A DNA stretch of 57,315 nucleotides from Thraustochytrium aureum (lineage: Eukaryota): positions 1,741-59,055 of the forward strand of contig BLSG01000207.1 of NCBI GenBank assembly GCA_012862495.1, given 5' to 3'. Shown here piece by piece: positions 1 through 14,200 of this stretch. Both the position numbers and the translations under genes were made by a program. Below the pieces are notes generated by a model that made no database searches, was not told where the DNA came from, and saw only the letters and a program-made list of their open reading frames with translations. Each line of letters opens with the position of its first letter. Position 1 is the stretch's first letter.

Positions 1-588
1 GAGCGCTTGCCCAGCAGGTGGCCCAGTGCGGGAGCTAGCGCGCTGAGCAGCCACACCGCGTGCTCGGGGCAGCCACAAGAGAGAGAGCGCGCGTCGGCCA
101 CCCGCAGCGCGGGAGCAGCTCGGCACAGCTAGCCCGAGGTGGACAGCGCCAGCCAGCCAGCTAGCCAGCCGGATCGGACGACCAGCACTCCCGCTCCTTC
201 CTGGCCAGAGTCAGCGCCCGCCCGCTCGCCTTCCCCGCCGCGCGCAACGAGGGTCGACCGCCGCCCCGTCGCAAACCGGCACTGTTCGGGCGGCGGCCAA
301 CCTCGAGCAGAGCTGGGGATTTTTTTTTCCCTCTAGTTCGTTCGTGGAGTTGAGGTGGCCCCAGCGCATGCAAGGTCGCTCGCCGCCGGAGCGCAGCCGC
401 AGAGCGTGCCTGAGCAGAGCGCTTGTAGGAAGCGCGCACGTAGGTAGGCGAAGAATAAATAGTTGATGTTTGTATTTCGGTCGGCCGCGTTGGCGGCGTC
501 CTCGGCCAGGCCTGCGAGGCATGCGCTCCCGTGCCCGCGGGTTGGCAACTGTTCTGCTGCTGCATCGAGCACGAGCACCGTGGGCTCT

Positions 589-1527
589 CTACGAACAGAG
601 TAGTGAGTTGCTCTCCCATTTGCGCTGCACCTGGCCGCGGCGCGGCTCGCCGCTGTCAGTGTGGTCGTCGAGCGAGATCTCGCAAATGAGGGGACTGGTG
701 CCCAAGCGAGCGTTTGGGCGGCGGAGCGCCACGCGCTCGCGGGTCCGGGCGCGCTCGCGACGGCGGTGCCGGCGCTGGGCAAGCTGCGCGTCTGGCGAAA
801 CCGACCCTGACGTTGAAGGCCCGTCCGAAGCCGAGGCAGCTCGAAGCGCCCGCGCGAGCTGGCCTTGCTTGCGGGTCGCGTGCTCTGTGACCGGCTCCGG
901 CGCCATGGGCTCGGGCGCGCTCGCTTCCGCATGCGCCTGTTCCCCATGACTCGGGGTGGACGTCACGGAAGCGGAATCGAGCGAGTCAATCGAGGACCAC
1001 GAAGAGCCCTCGTAAGGAGACTTGTATTTCAGCGTGTCAAGCCGCTTCTTGAGGGAAACGGTGCGTTTGAGCGCAGAAGCCGCGCCTGCTGCTAACTCGG
1101 CGTCCGCGTCCGAGATGACGTCAGCCCCAAGCCGCGGGTTGCACAGGTTCGCCGCGCCGAACGTCGCAGCTGCGTCCTCGCTGATGCCGTCGAGGCCCGT
1201 GGTCTGCGCTCGGCACCTTGCAGATCGTTGCGAGCTTTCGTTGTCAAACTCGGTTTGCGGGATGTCCGAGGAGCAGCGCTGGTTGAGCATCGGCGCCGCG
1301 CCGCGGGGCGGCGGCTTGGCTGGCGAGACGGCGCGCTCGTCCGTGACAAGCTGGGTACCAGCGCCAAGGACGACGCCGGGCTCGGCAGCGAGGGCCGCAG
1401 CCACCGCAGCTGCAGACAGCTCTGCACGCCGCCGCTCGTACATGGCCGACGACATGTCCGAGTGGCGCCGGCCGTGGATGCCCGGCCGCGCTGCTGCGCC
1501 TGCGGCGATGGCAGCTTGGCTGGATGG
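589..1527 (-). CDS. Hypothetical Ser/Ala/Arg-rich protein, C-terminal part (5' end in or beyond gap 1528-2210)
   Basis: About 310 codons open from the gap to TAG at 589; low-complexity composition; no recognisable domain. Confidence 0.45.
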   Translation of the reverse strand, partial: PSSQAAIAAGAAARPGIHGRRHSDMSSAMYERRRAELSAAAVAAALAAEPGVVLGAGTQLVTDERAVSPAKPPPRGAAPMLNQRCSSDIPQTEFDNESSQRSARCRAQTTGLDGISEDAAATFGAANLCNPRLGADVISDADAELAAGAASALKRTVSLKKRLDTLKYKSPYEGSSWSSIDSLDSASVTSTPSHGEQAHAEASAPEPMAPEPVTEHATRKQGQLARALRAASASDGPSTSGSVSPDAQLAQRRHRRRERARTRERVALRRPNARLGTSPLICEISLDDHTDSGEPRRGQVQRKWESNSLLCS

Positions 1528-2679
1528 NNNNNNNNNNNNNNNNNNNNNNNNNNNNNNNNNNNNNNNNNNNNNNNNNNNNNNNNNNNNNNNNNNNNNNNNN
1601 NNNNNNNNNNNNNNNNNNNNNNNNNNNNNNNNNNNNNNNNNNNNNNNNNNNNNNNNNNNNNNNNNNNNNNNNNNNNNNNNNNNNNNNNNNNNNNNNNNNN
1701 NNNNNNNNNNNNNNNNNNNNNNNNNNNNNNNNNNNNNNNNNNNNNNNNNNNNNNNNNNNNNNNNNNNNNNNNNNNNNNNNNNNNNNNNNNNNNNNNNNNN
1801 NNNNNNNNNNNNNNNNNNNNNNNNNNNNNNNNNNNNNNNNNNNNNNNNNNNNNNNNNNNNNNNNNNNNNNNNNNNNNNNNNNNNNNNNNNNNNNNNNNNN
1901 NNNNNNNNNNNNNNNNNNNNNNNNNNNNNNNNNNNNNNNNNNNNNNNNNNNNNNNNNNNNNNNNNNNNNNNNNNNNNNNNNNNNNNNNNNNNNNNNNNNN
2001 NNNNNNNNNNNNNNNNNNNNNNNNNNNNNNNNNNNNNNNNNNNNNNNNNNNNNNNNNNNNNNNNNNNNNNNNNNNNNNNNNNNNNNNNNNNNNNNNNNNN
2101 NNNNNNNNNNNNNNNNNNNNNNNNNNNNNNNNNNNNNNNNNNNNNNNNNNNNNNNNNNNNNNNNNNNNNNNNNNNNNNNNNNNNNNNNNNNNNNNNNNNN
2201 NNNNNNNNNNTGTTCGGCGGTCGCGCGAGACACGTCCTCACGAGGATCCTGAGGCGGCTGCCGTCTCTCGGCCGCTCTTGAGCGCACCCGCTCTCCGCCC
2301 CGCGTGGGCGTGGTAGAACAGTTTCGGGGAAGATGCGCTGGCGTTTTGGTTTTGTGGCAGGCCGTGTGGAGGAAGCAACCAAGTGCCCCGGTTGGCAGCG
2401 CCCAACGCCGCCTGGCCAGAGAGGTGAACGGGCATCCGCCGACTCGGAGCGAGGAGGCCAGCAGCACCTCGAGAGGGACGCGGGCCTTTTCGAGTCGGAT
2501 CGAGTCACCGTGCCGCCTCGGTGGCGGTCAAAAGCCGGACCCGTTTCGAGTCTTGATGTGCATGGATTGACTCATCCTGGCCTCCGCAGAAGGAAGGGAG
2601 GGCAAGTCGAGTCCGTTGGCGGCGGGCGCATGGCAGGCAGGAGCAGGGTTTCTATCAGATTTTTCATGAGGGTGATTGG

Positions 2680-3954
2680 TCAGAGTCGCAGCGCGAAGGC
2701 GCGCAGCTTGGCGTCGGCGCCGCCAGAGACTATAGTAGCGCCGTCCGAGGTCCAGGCGACGCTCAAGACCTTGGCGGTGTGCTTGGACAGCGTGTGGAGC
2801 GGCACGGACGCTCGCGCGTCCCAGATCCGCACGGTCTTGTCGTGCGAGCAACTCGCCAGGAGGTGCGACTGCGTCGGGTGCCACGCCACGCCAGACACCC
2901 AGCCCTTGTGGCCACGGAGCTGCAGCTTGCACGCCGAGTCGCCGGCGGTGCGCGAGTCCCAGAGGCGCACAATGTGGTCGCTGTGGCCCGAGGCAATCAG
3001 GCTGCGTGAACCGTTGTGCGCCAGCGCGTGACCACTTGCCCGTTCCAGAGAGAGGATCATCGCTTCGCGAGTGACGTCCCAAACGCGGATCGTGCGGTCC
3101 CATGACCCGCTGAATACAGTCGCAGGCTCCGGAGCGTCCTCCCAGCAAAGCGAGCTCACGTTGTCGGTGTGGTCTGTGAAGAACGCGGCCGGCTCGGTCA
3201 CGATCTCGCGCGAGGCGCGAGCGCCGACGTGCCCCATTCCCCAGGACCCCGTTCTCCGCGACTTGGCGCTGCGGCGCGACGCATCCTCATCGGCGGACGA
3301 GGCCGCTTTTGAGCTGTCGAGCTTGACTTTCCAGACGCACACGACACGATCCACCCCGCGCTGGCCAGAACGGCCTCGTCACCGCGCCGCGTCCCGATGA
3401 CCGCCTCCACGCTCCCAGTGTGGGCCGCGCACTCGGCCACCTCCGAGTAGGCAACCGTGGGCTTTGCGCCCTTGTTGTTTTCGGTGAATACCGTCTCAAA
3501 CAGGCGCACCTTTCCGTCCTTGGACCCTGACACCACGTACGAGCTGCCAAACTGCTGCACCGCCTTGACTGGGGCAGAGTGCACGTCCAGCTTTTCCAAC
3601 AGCTCAAACTTGTGCTCGCCCGTCGACCCGTCCAGCGCGAGCATCGAGAGCTGCAGCGACCCGTCGTAGGCGCCGCAAGCCACGACCGCCGCGCCGCTGT
3701 TTCCGGTTGCCACGCTCGCGTCGACAGCAGCGATCCAGTCCGGCCACTCGTCTTCGGCGCTCAGGTCCGGCGGCTGCACAGCGGGCGAGAACTCCAGTTT
3801 CACGGCTGTCTCCGTCGACAAGCCGAGCTCTTGCACGTGCTTGCTCAGCGACTTGCGCACCAACGCCTCCTTCTCCAAGATCAAAAAGTCGAAAGGAACG
3901 ATGGGGTCCAGCTGAAGGAGGTGGTTGATGATCTGCGACAGCCCTGCACGCGAG
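2680..3954 (-). CDS. WDR12: Ribosome biogenesis protein WDR12/Ytm1 (NLE domain + WD40 repeats), 5' end in gap
   Basis: NLE-like LSQIINHLLQLDPIVPFDFLI...LGLSTETAVKLEF; WD repeats SGSWDRTIRVWD, SGHSDHIVRLWD, GHKGWVSGVAW, SGGADAKL; one 1-nt deletion near 3352 (TGG-AT for TGG GAT). Confidence 0.85.
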
Positions 3955-4901
3955 NNNNNNNNNNNNNNNNNNNNNNNNNNNNNNNNNNNNNNNNNNNNNN
4001 NNNNNNNNNNNNNNNNNNNNNNNNNNNNNNNNNNNNNNNNNNNNNNNNNNNNNNNNNNNNNNNNNNNNNNNNNNNNNNNNNNNNNNNNNNNNNNNNNNNN
4101 NNNNNNNNNNNNNNNNNNNNNNNNNNNNNNNNNNNNNNNNNNNNNNNNNNNNNNNNNNNNNNNNNNNNNNNNNNNNNNNNNNNNNNNNNNNNNNNNNNNN
4201 NNNNNNNNNNNNNNNNNNNNNNNNNNNNNNNNNNNNNNNNNNNNNNNNNNNNNNNNNNNNNNNNNNNNNNNNNNNNNNNNNNNNNNNNNNNNNNNNNNNN
4301 NNNNNNNNNNNNNNNNNNNNNNNNNNNNNNNNNNNNNNNNNNNNNNNNNNNNNNNNNNNNNNNNNNNNNNNNNNNNNNNNNNNNNNNNNNNNNNNNNNNN
4401 NNNNNNNNNNNNNNNNNNNNNNNNNNNNNNNNNNNNNNNNNNNNNNNNNNNNNNNNNNNNNNNNNNNNNNNNNNNNNNNNNNNNNNNNNNNNNNNNNNNN
4501 NNNNNNNNNNNNNNNNNNNNNNNNNNNNNNNNNNNNNNNNNNNNNNNNNNNNNNNNNNNNNNNNNNNNNNNNNNNNNNNNNNNNNNNNNNNNNNNNNNNN
4601 NNNNNNNNNNNNNNNNNNNNNNNNNNNNNNNNNNNNNNNNNNNNNNNNNNNNNNNNNNNNNNNNNNNNNNNNNNNNNNNNNNNNNNNNNNNNNNNNNNNN
4701 NNNNNNNNNNNNNNNNNNNNNNNTCTGATGATGCTGCGATGCTTTCTCGATGGTTGCCGCTGCAGAATGACTGGTCAGCATGCCTGTCAGTTCTCCCGCG
4801 GTTCTGGATGATGCAATCCCTCTGCCATGGCACGGTCGCTGTGGGCTGGCTTGTCGGATTGCCTCGATCGCCGGCGGTCGGCTGGAGCGGCCGCGCTGCT
4901 G

Positions 4902-4926
4902 TGGCTGGCTGGCTGGCTGGCTGGCT
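4902..4926. repeat. (TGGC)n microsatellite
   Basis: About six tandem TGGC units seen directly. Confidence 0.85.
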
Positions 4927-5223
4927 GCCTCGCTGTGGCTCTCTAGCTAGAGATTGCTGGCCGGTCAAATGCCTCGCTTGGGCGCGTTTTTGTCGGCCGC
5001 GGCGTCGTTTCTTGCACTGCGTGCGACACACCGCTGGCCTCGCCGGCTCTGTGCCTGGCTGCTGGCTGCGCCAGTGCTCTGTCGAGCTGGCGAGCGCTGG
5101 AGAGTCGTGAAGAGCTGGAAAGAGTTGGAATGGCACGAGCCTGAACAAAGGTGAACCTACTTTTGGTTATTTTGGTTGGTATCGGTGTGCAGCGTGTTGC
5201 CCACTTGCGACTGCGCGGATCCG

Positions 5224-8200
5224 TCAGTCGTTCAAGTTGAGGAGAAACGCGACGCCGCGCCAAACCCAATAGTCCGGGTCCCGGTCCGTCGGCAGGTGAA
5301 CTGCCAAAACAAAGTTGGTGCTCATCCCTGTTGTGGACAGCGCCCCTGCACGCTTACTCGTCTTGTACACTGGGCAGGCGTACGTGCCCCCATTTGGCAC
5401 AAAGTCCTCAGACGGCAAGAAGTGGATCGGCCGCATGAGCGAGTACATCTCACGTGGGTTTGCATCCTGGACCACGCCAAGAGCGTCGTCCCACCGCGCA
5501 CCTTCCATGAAAAGCCCCGAAACGACAACACCGTTCGAGGGCGCCTCCTCAACGTCCTGCTCCCAACAATCGTAGACGCTAAAGTCAAAACTGAGCGAGT
5601 TGATCGCCACCTTGTGCTTTCGCGCGTGCGTCTGAAGCACACCTGTGAGAAAGCCCTGCGGGAAGAAAAACACTGGCAGTCGAAACACCACAGGCTCTCC
5701 GCGCTGCAGCCACGCCCGCAGGAACGCAACGCGCTCCTTTAGGTCCGCAAACCACGAGCCCAGGGGCCGCAGCGACGGATAAGCAACCTGGGTCCACAGC
5801 TCAGGCACTGCGCCGTTGAAGAAGCTGGTGTGCATCTTGTCGAGCGCGCTACTCATGACAATTCGGCCGTCAATCGCCTGCACCAATTGCGACATGCTCG
5901 AGCGCATGCGCTCCAAAAGTCGGTTGAACTTGACGATCTCCTGCTTGAGGAACGTCGCCAGGGGCTGCAGCAGCCCAGTCTCCTTGTTCAGGATAAAAGT
6001 GGAGGCCCCCGCTTCCTCCTCGGCATCCATGACGACTGGAAGCTCGCCCTCCATTTTCATCGCTAGCGCCTTGACAATCTCATCAGGCGTCGCAGCGCCT
6101 GCAGCGCCGCTCCCGCTTGCGCGCGGTTGAATTGAGAGGACAGTGTCCACCACGGCAGCGCTCTCCTGCAGCTCGAGCGTGATGTTGGCGTTCGCATGAA
6201 GCCCGAACACTTCAGTGTCCTCAACCTCTGGAAGCNNNNNNNNNNNNNNNNNNNNNNNNNNNNNNNNNNNNNNNNNNNNNNNNNNNNNNNNNNNNNNNNN
6301 NNNNNNNNNNNNNNNNNNNNNNNNNNNNNNNNNNNNNNNNNNNNNNNNNNNNNNNNNNNNNNNNNNNNNNNNNNNNNNNNNNNNNNNNNNNNNNNNNNNN
6401 NNNNNNNNNNNNNNNNNNNNNNNNNNNNNNNNNNNNNNNNNNNNNNNNNNNNNNNNNNNNNNNNNNNNNNNNNNNNNNNNNNNNNNNNNNNNNNNNNNNN
6501 NNNNNNNNNNNNNNNNNNNNNNNNNNNNNNNNNNNNNNNNNNNNNNAGAACGCGTACCCTTCGTCGAGGATCTCTGGCGTGTAAAACCGTGCCAGGACTG
6601 ACATTAGGCACCGCCGGTCCCAGTCGTCCGTCACGCGTCCTCCATAGTTAATCTGGCCAGTCACATACCTGAGAGCGTCCCAGGGGATTGCCGCACCCTC
6701 GGCAGCAGAGTCGTCGAGGAACCTCCGCAGCTGCTCCGCCGAGGTCTCGAGGTCCGAGTCGTCAAACTCGTACCTGATGTTCCACCCGAGCGGCCCAAAC
6801 TTGCGCCTCTCCTGGATAATTCCATGGAAAAAGCACAGCCCGAACAGAATCTTGCGGAACTCCTTCGGCCGACCAGGGCAGCTCTCGAGAATGCCCTCGC
6901 TCAGCACCGTCTCATACGTGCGGCATATGTTCGCGTTTAGCCCACGAGGGGGCTCGTTTGTCAGCTTGATCCCGTTCTGCAGCACCGCCACTGGAAAGTA
7001 GACCGCGGGAAACGACGTCAGAAACAGCCGGAAATCGGCGTGCATCGAGGCCCCTGACCCCGTCGGGTCGTTAAAGGCGGCAATGATGCTCTCAAGCGTC
7101 GGCATCCAGCTCTTGGCCAGGTGGCAGTTTTGCAAAAGGACCCAGTCCCCGCTGGCCGTGGCGTCAGAGATGAGCCGCTCGGCCTTGACGCCCTGACCTT
7201 GGCCGAGGGAGATCACGTTCAGGCGCTCCAAGTAGCCACGCTTCTCGGCAAAGCGCAAAAGCAGGCCTGTGGGGTCAGCGCCTTGCGAGAGGACAAAGAT
7301 GCATGGCGTGCGGTTGTCCATATCCTGGCTGATGTCCTCCATCGAGGTTGCTGGGCTCTGCACGAACCTCGAGCCGAGCTCGAGGCGGACAAAATTGCGG
7401 ATTCCAAACAGCGTCTTTTCCTCGCGAAACGCGTTCACAAGAACAAGCTGCTGGAACGGCGAGAGGCTTGGCCCAGCATGGCGCGCTGGGCTTTCGGCGG
7501 CGTCGGAGGCCGCTGCTTCGGCGGCGGCGGCGTCGCTCTCTTGCGCTTCCTGCCCCGAGGCGGCAACATCGCGCGCCCATGTACTTGCGAACGCTGGCAT
7601 GGGCGAATCCTGCGGGCTTTCGCTCGTTGCCCAGGCCCCCCAGCCAGACTCGCCTTCCCAGTTCTCCAAAACATGAGTGNNNNNNNNNNNNNNNNNNNNN
7701 NNNNNNNNNNNNNNNNNNNNNNNNNNNNNNNNNNNNNNNNNNNNNNNNNNNNNNNNNNNNNNNNNNNNNNNNNNNNNNNNNNNNNNNNNNNNNNNNNNNN
7801 NNNNNNNNNNNNNNNNNNNNNNNNNNNNNNNNNNNNNNNNNNNNNNNNNNNNNNNNNNNNNNNNNNNNNNNNNNNNNNNNNNNNNNNNNNNNNNNNNNNN
7901 NNNNNNNNNNNNNNNNNNNNNNNNNNNNNNNNNNNNNNNNNNNNNNNNNNNNNNNNNNNNNNNNNNNNNNNNNNNNNNNNNNNNNNNNNNNNNNNNNNNN
8001 NNNNNNNNNNNNNNACAAGTTCCACTCCACATCTGAGATCCGCATGTCATTCCGCAGGATCTGCACTGTAATGAGGAAGGCGAAGAGCAGCTTGTGCACC
8101 TCGAAAAGGCCACGGCACACGTTCTTGAACACAAAGTAGTTTTGAAACTCGAGGATATTGCGCAGGCGCGCCTCGAGATTGGTATCCTTGACGCTGTCGT

Positions 8201-11200
8201 CGATGCAGCGCTGGAAAAGCTTGACAAAGTACTCGAGCGAGTACTGGTACATGGGGTCGATGCGCGCCAAGTCCGCCACCACAAAGTAGATGATGCTCCC
8301 GCGGCGCGCGACCGGCCGGTAGCTGTTTCGCATCCGGGTCACCTCTGCGTTTGTCTTTTCCGACTCTTGCACGCGCTCCGTGATGATAGCTGACGTCGTC
8401 TTCGAGTCCGCCAGCGTGTTAATCAGCTCTTCGTCGTCCAGGATGTCCCCCTTTGACTCGGACAGCATGTGCAGGATCTTGTCTTCGAGGTCCTTGAGCT
8501 GCTTTTGGTCAGCAGCCATAGACATGAGCAGCCGGTTCTTGCGCTCCTCGATGTCGGGCTTTTCCTTGCGCACCACAGTGCCCAGCAACTGATCCTCCAG
8601 GCCTTCCATCGTCACCGTAAAGTTGATCAGGGTAACCTTGATGCAGACTTCTGGGAGGTAGTGCGGGTTCGGAATCTTGGTCGTCATGTACATCTGAAAG
8701 TTCGCGTCGTAATCGACGTCGCTGTCTCCGAGCCGGATCAGAGTTCGCCCGCTCTGCCTGAAGATCGCCTTCTGAAGCACGGGCTCCAGCCCCGGGTCGA
8801 TCTGCTCCCCCAAGTCTTCGACGAGGAGGGGCGTTCCGTTTCTCACAGCTGTCTCCAATGCACGGAGGAGGTCCGGGTCCGACATCTTGACAACCACAAG
8901 CCCCGACTTGGCCTCGCGCTGCTTGACCCATCGGTTGGCTTGCATTTGCGGGTCGATCATTAGGGGCCAGCGCTTTCCGCGCGTCGCAAGCAGCGCGTTG
9001 TTGGTCGAGACCTCGTCCGTCGGAAGGCCGCAGATTTGCCACTCGCGCACAGTGACGGGGTCGCCGATAACGTCCACAAGGCTAAACCCGCCGGCGCTGC
9101 AAGGGATGTGCATTCCTCGCACAAGGGATTGCCAGCCCTTGACCAGCTCTTCGCGGTACGTGCCCGTGAACGCGCCATAGTACGACACGCAAGCGGAGGC
9201 GAGGAAAATGTCGCCGACGAGGCACTCTATCGCGCGGTCGATCGACACGACACTTGCCTGCCAGCGTACGCCTTCACTAGCTAGCCCGCTCGTCAGCTTT
9301 TCCGCGCGCTCCAAGCGAGTTTGCGTCTTTTGGGCTTCGTTCGCGAGTCGGGTCTTCTCAGCCAGCGTAGAGTTGCACGTCGCTTCAAGCGCGTTCACCT
9401 TGTCCACGACGGCCTTCAGCGTGGCCTGCTTTTCCGCAAGCATGGCGTTGGCCTCTTCCAGCGCCCGATTCATCTCCAGCAAGCGCTCGCGTTTCGGGCC
9501 CACTTCCTTGGCAACAACCGAGTAAACGTCCATGGCGTGCACCCACAGGCAGAGCGAGGTGGCCGCCTTGCTCACCTTCTTAACGTTTTCGACGGACATC
9601 ATCGGGTCGTCGACGTACTTCTTCAACTTTTTCAAGGTAGCCAGCGCGATCGAGTCCTTGTCAAAAGTCTTGAGGTTGTCCATGAATTTTGCGTCGCCCA
9701 GCATTTTCTTCGCCGTGTCCCAGTCTGGCTTTCCCTCGAACAGCACGATGACGGCCTCCATAACGGTCTGCACAGCCGCGGGTGGCTTTGCGAAGGACTT
9801 CATCTCGGAAATGTCTTTCTTGTCCAGCGCGTCGAGCGACTTGATGGCGTCGTTCAGCGCCGGCATGGCCTTGTCCAGGTCCCTCTGGGCGTCCGCCTGT
9901 ACCTCGGCGACCTTGGCAGCCTGCTCGTTCACCTCGGCCTCCTCCTTGGCCACTTTGGCCTTCACCTCCGCGGCCTCCACTTGCTCCTTCGCGACCTCTT
10001 TCAGCAGCACTTCGGCGTCCTGGCTCTTCACTTCGAGGACGGGCATCAGATTGCTCAGCTCAATCTTGAGCTGCTGCACCATCTCGTTGGTTTCCTCTAG
10101 CTTGACGATTCCGGACCCCAACCTCTCGCGGGCCCGGTTCATCTCTCGGCGCTGCTGCGGAGCATGGTGATGTACAGCTCAATGAGGTCGAGGTACGACT
10201 TTGGGGTCGTGTAAACGGTACGGCCGAGCTCGTTCAAAAACCGTACCGATAGGCTCGCGATAGAAGTGTGGACATCTGCACAAGCGCGCACGAGGGCGAG
10301 TCGGCACTCCTCCGAGGGGAGCTCCACGTTGGCGAGAAACCTTTGCGCCACAGAGTTTAGCGCGCTCTGCGGCCATTCAAGAAACCAATCAATCGTGCAG
10401 CAGTTGATCAAGGACGGAAACTGCCGGCACCACACGCGCAGCGCATTTCCAACAGGCGACATGCACAGCACGATGTGCAAGTTGTCCCGCACGCGGTTCA
10501 CAAACCACTGCTTGCAATTGTCACGAGATTCGGGCACGCCGCGCGCCTTGAGCACGGGGCCCATGTCTGCCACAATTCGATCCATCTCGTCCTGAGCAAA
10601 GAGGTTGGGCACCTCACCCGAGTTGAGGATGTTGTTGATGTCCTCGAGAAAGTCGTCCACGATGATCTGCGAGTCGGTGAACAGGAACCCAACCTTGCGG
10701 CCGGCCACTCCAGCGGTGCGCATCATGCCTTTAAGGTCTTCGCGAAACTCTGCGCTGCCGTACCCCTTGGTGATCTCGATCTGGACGCACCGAACCCCGG
10801 ACATGAACATGGCCAGCCGCGAAACTGACTGTTTGCCAGATCCCCCGACCCCAACGAGCATGGCGTTGCCGCGCTTCTGCCGAAGAATGCGCGCGATGCG
10901 TGCAATGTGCTCCACCGCGTCCCGGAAAAACACCAGGTTCATCTTCGTTGGGTGGACGATATTGTAGTCGTCGAGGGCGTCCTCGAGTACTTTGCTGACC
11001 TGCTCGAGCGACGAAACTTCCTCGTAGGCCGGTCCTCGTCGGCAGAGTCGCCGTCGTCTCCGGCTTCTCCCCCTTCGTCGTCCTCTTCGGCGATCCCACG
11101 CAAAAAGTCGACGAAAAGCAGTGGCGGGTGCACGTTCTTGCCGCCTTTGGCACGGGGGGCCTGGGCCTTGTCTTGCGTCGGGCTCTCGGCGCTAGCCGGG

Positions 11201-14200
11201 CTCCCAAAAACCTCCTCTTTCGTCCAGCCAACCTGAAAGTTGCGCTTGAGCAGCTCCATGACAAGGGCGGTGAACCAATTCTTGTCTTCCACATTGATGA
11301 GGCGATCGTGAAAGACGCGCATAGACTCGTGGGCCCAGAGTCGCACCATGGTATCGGTGGCGCTGCAACGCGCGGGGCGAATCATAAGAATGCCTTGCAT
11401 CACCTTGCTCAGGTCTCGCAGATTGAACGTGTAGTGCGACTTTTGTGGCGTAGGGAGCATCTCTTGCGAGATGCGGAAGAACACGTCGATAGTCGAGTCG
11501 ACCACGGCGCGCGCTAGGCCCCTCACGTCGGGGACAAAGCCGTCCGAGAGAAAGCCTTGCAGAATTCCCATAAACATAATGTGCATCGCGTCGCGGCTCG
11601 CAGGTGGGAGGCAGAGTACGCTAAAGTGGCGCACGAAACGCGGGGTCACAATGTTTCTCCCGCCCCCGGGTGGAGCTGCCGAGACGGTCAGCACCGTGTC
11701 CTGGACATTTTTGAAGAAGAGCTTGTCGCGGTCGTAAAACCCGCCAAAGTCCAGAAACTGCCTCAGGAGCTCGATTGGTGGTTGAGCGCCGTACTCCTCC
11801 ACCATCGGCATGTTCACATCATCGACGCAGATTACGGCTTTTTGGCCCGCCGGGGCGCCCAAAAGCGTTTTACGCTTCTTTTCCAGCTTTGCTTCGATGG
11901 AGAGCTGCGTAACTCTGGCCGATGTCTGAGCAGAAAAGCCGATGTGGATTGGGACGGCTGGGGCATGCGATGCCAGACCCATACTCGCGCGGCGGGCTTC
12001 CTCCTTCCGTCGCGCGGCCGCGGCTGCTACGCCTGCAGCGGATTCATCGATCTGCGCGCCGGCGTCTTCTTTGCTTTGGCCGAGGTCGCGAAGTAGGCTT
12101 TGGACGAGGACGGTCTTGCCGGTGCCGGTCACCCCCGTCAGAAAGCAAGGCCGCTGGACCTGCAGGAGCTTCTCGAGCACAAAGGAAAACCGCACCGTGT
12201 CAACGGTGGGCACCACGAGTTGGGAGTACGGCACCGACGTTTCGTAGGTGAACTCTGGCACAACTTCGTCCCAGCGACGCAGCTCCTCGGTCTGCATATC
12301 GACAAAATAGTCGAAGACCAGCCCTTTGACCGAGAGTCCGATAAGTCCAAGACCACCCTTGTCCAACTCGTGACGAACCACCTCGTCAAACTTTTCGCGG
12401 CAGTCGGCGTCGAGGGCAGCGCCCACTGACCAAATCAAGGCAAATGCAAACACGCGGTCCACCAAGCGGCTCGAGCGCTCGCGCTCTAAGGGCGTCAACG
12501 CGCCCTGCTCGCCGCCTTGCCCGAGCGACGAGCCTCGTAGCGCTAGACTCCGCAGCAGCGGCGAGGACAGGAACAGCGTTTCGAAGATGGAGCAGAACGA
12601 AGCTGCCACTTGAATATCGACCGTCGGGATGGGCTCCGTCGCACTCTTGCGAAGGTAGGCAAGGCATGCGCGGAGCACGCCGTCGACGTGCAAGAGGACG
12701 CGCTCTTTCAGGGCTTGCTGCTCCGCGCCAAATCGAGGCCCCATGTCTCGGTCAAGCCAGGTTTGCACAAGCGGGATCCACCCGAGGTCATCGGGGGTCA
12801 TGAAAAGCACGCCAAGCCGAGACACCGTCGCTGGCGAGGCAACCTCCAGGTCTTGCACCTCAAAGACGCACTTCATTTGCGTCTTGAGTTTGATTCGCTC
12901 CCCGTTCGCGAGGCACAGGGTCATGTTGTCGTCCAGCACAGTATTCATGTTCTCGATCCACAGGGCGTCGATTGGGCCGTCAAAAACGATCCATTTGCTG
13001 TCCAACGTCTCACTGGCAACCATTCCGCGCATGATCGAGCTTGCCAGGCCGTCAGTCCACTCCTGCGTCAGCTCGTTGAACTCGCCGTACAACTCGCCCA
13101 TCGTGATGCATTTGGGGTTGAGAACGCTCTGGTGCACAGGGCGGAAAGGCACGTTTTCATTCTCGTCACCTCCGTGGGACTCGTGCAGTTTGGTCATTGC
13201 GTCGGCGAGAATTCGGTACGCGGTCGTCTTGCCGCCGCCAGTCGGGCCAACGATCGTCACGCCAAACCGCACGTTCATCGTCTCATAGAGCTGGATGATC
13301 TTTTTGATGAATGGCTCGACCAACTGGAGCTGGCATGCGGCGAGTCTGCTCTCGATAGCGACCTGGAGCTCGCCCGTGTCCTGGTACGGGACCTCAACCC
13401 CAGGGAACAGGTCCGCGAGGATGCCAAAGAAGAGCGGCACGTCATGGCTCAGAAACTTGGGCAAGTTGGAGTCGCGCATGGCGCGAATGAGAACGACGTC
13501 CTCGTTTAGCTGGGGATTGCCGCGCTTGAGCCCGCCGGCCATGACCAGGACCGATTTAACGGCCCGAAGCCCGTAGTCGTAGTGGCACTGCTGCGAGAGC
13601 TGCTCGCTGCAGAGGCTGTACATCTTGGTCATTTTGACACTTAGCGACTTGGCGGCGCTGAACCCCTCAGCGAAGAGCATGATCTCGGCGATGAGGCTGT
13701 AGTCGGGCACCATCATCGCCACCGGACGGAACAGGACTTTGAGGTTGTCCGGGAGCTCTGTCCGGCCGGCGTAGCCCGGGTTCATGGTGATTATCACGTG
13801 GTGCTCGCGCAGGCCGATCTCGCGCCCCTCGAACTTGATACTCTCTTGGCCGGCCAACCGGCCCTGGCGGAGCGTGAGAAGTTGTTGGGCCACCACGGAA
13901 AGCACTTCGATGTCGATCCGATTGAATTCGTCGAGGCAGGTCCAGCAGCCGGCCTGGGCGAGCCCGCTGAACAGCTTGGCCATCATCTTGTAGTCGATTT
14001 GATCAGAGCAGTTGAACACGATGCACTGGATTCCGAGCGCCTTGGCGAGATCTTTGGAGGACTCTGTCTTCCCCGTTCCAGCTGGCCCGCTCGGGGAGCC
14101 GCCCAACTTGAGGTGCAACGCGCCCGTCAGGGTCATCCAGCACCTGTCCGTCAGCGGTGTGATGACCAGCCGCGACGTGCAGCCCTCGTACTCGTACGCG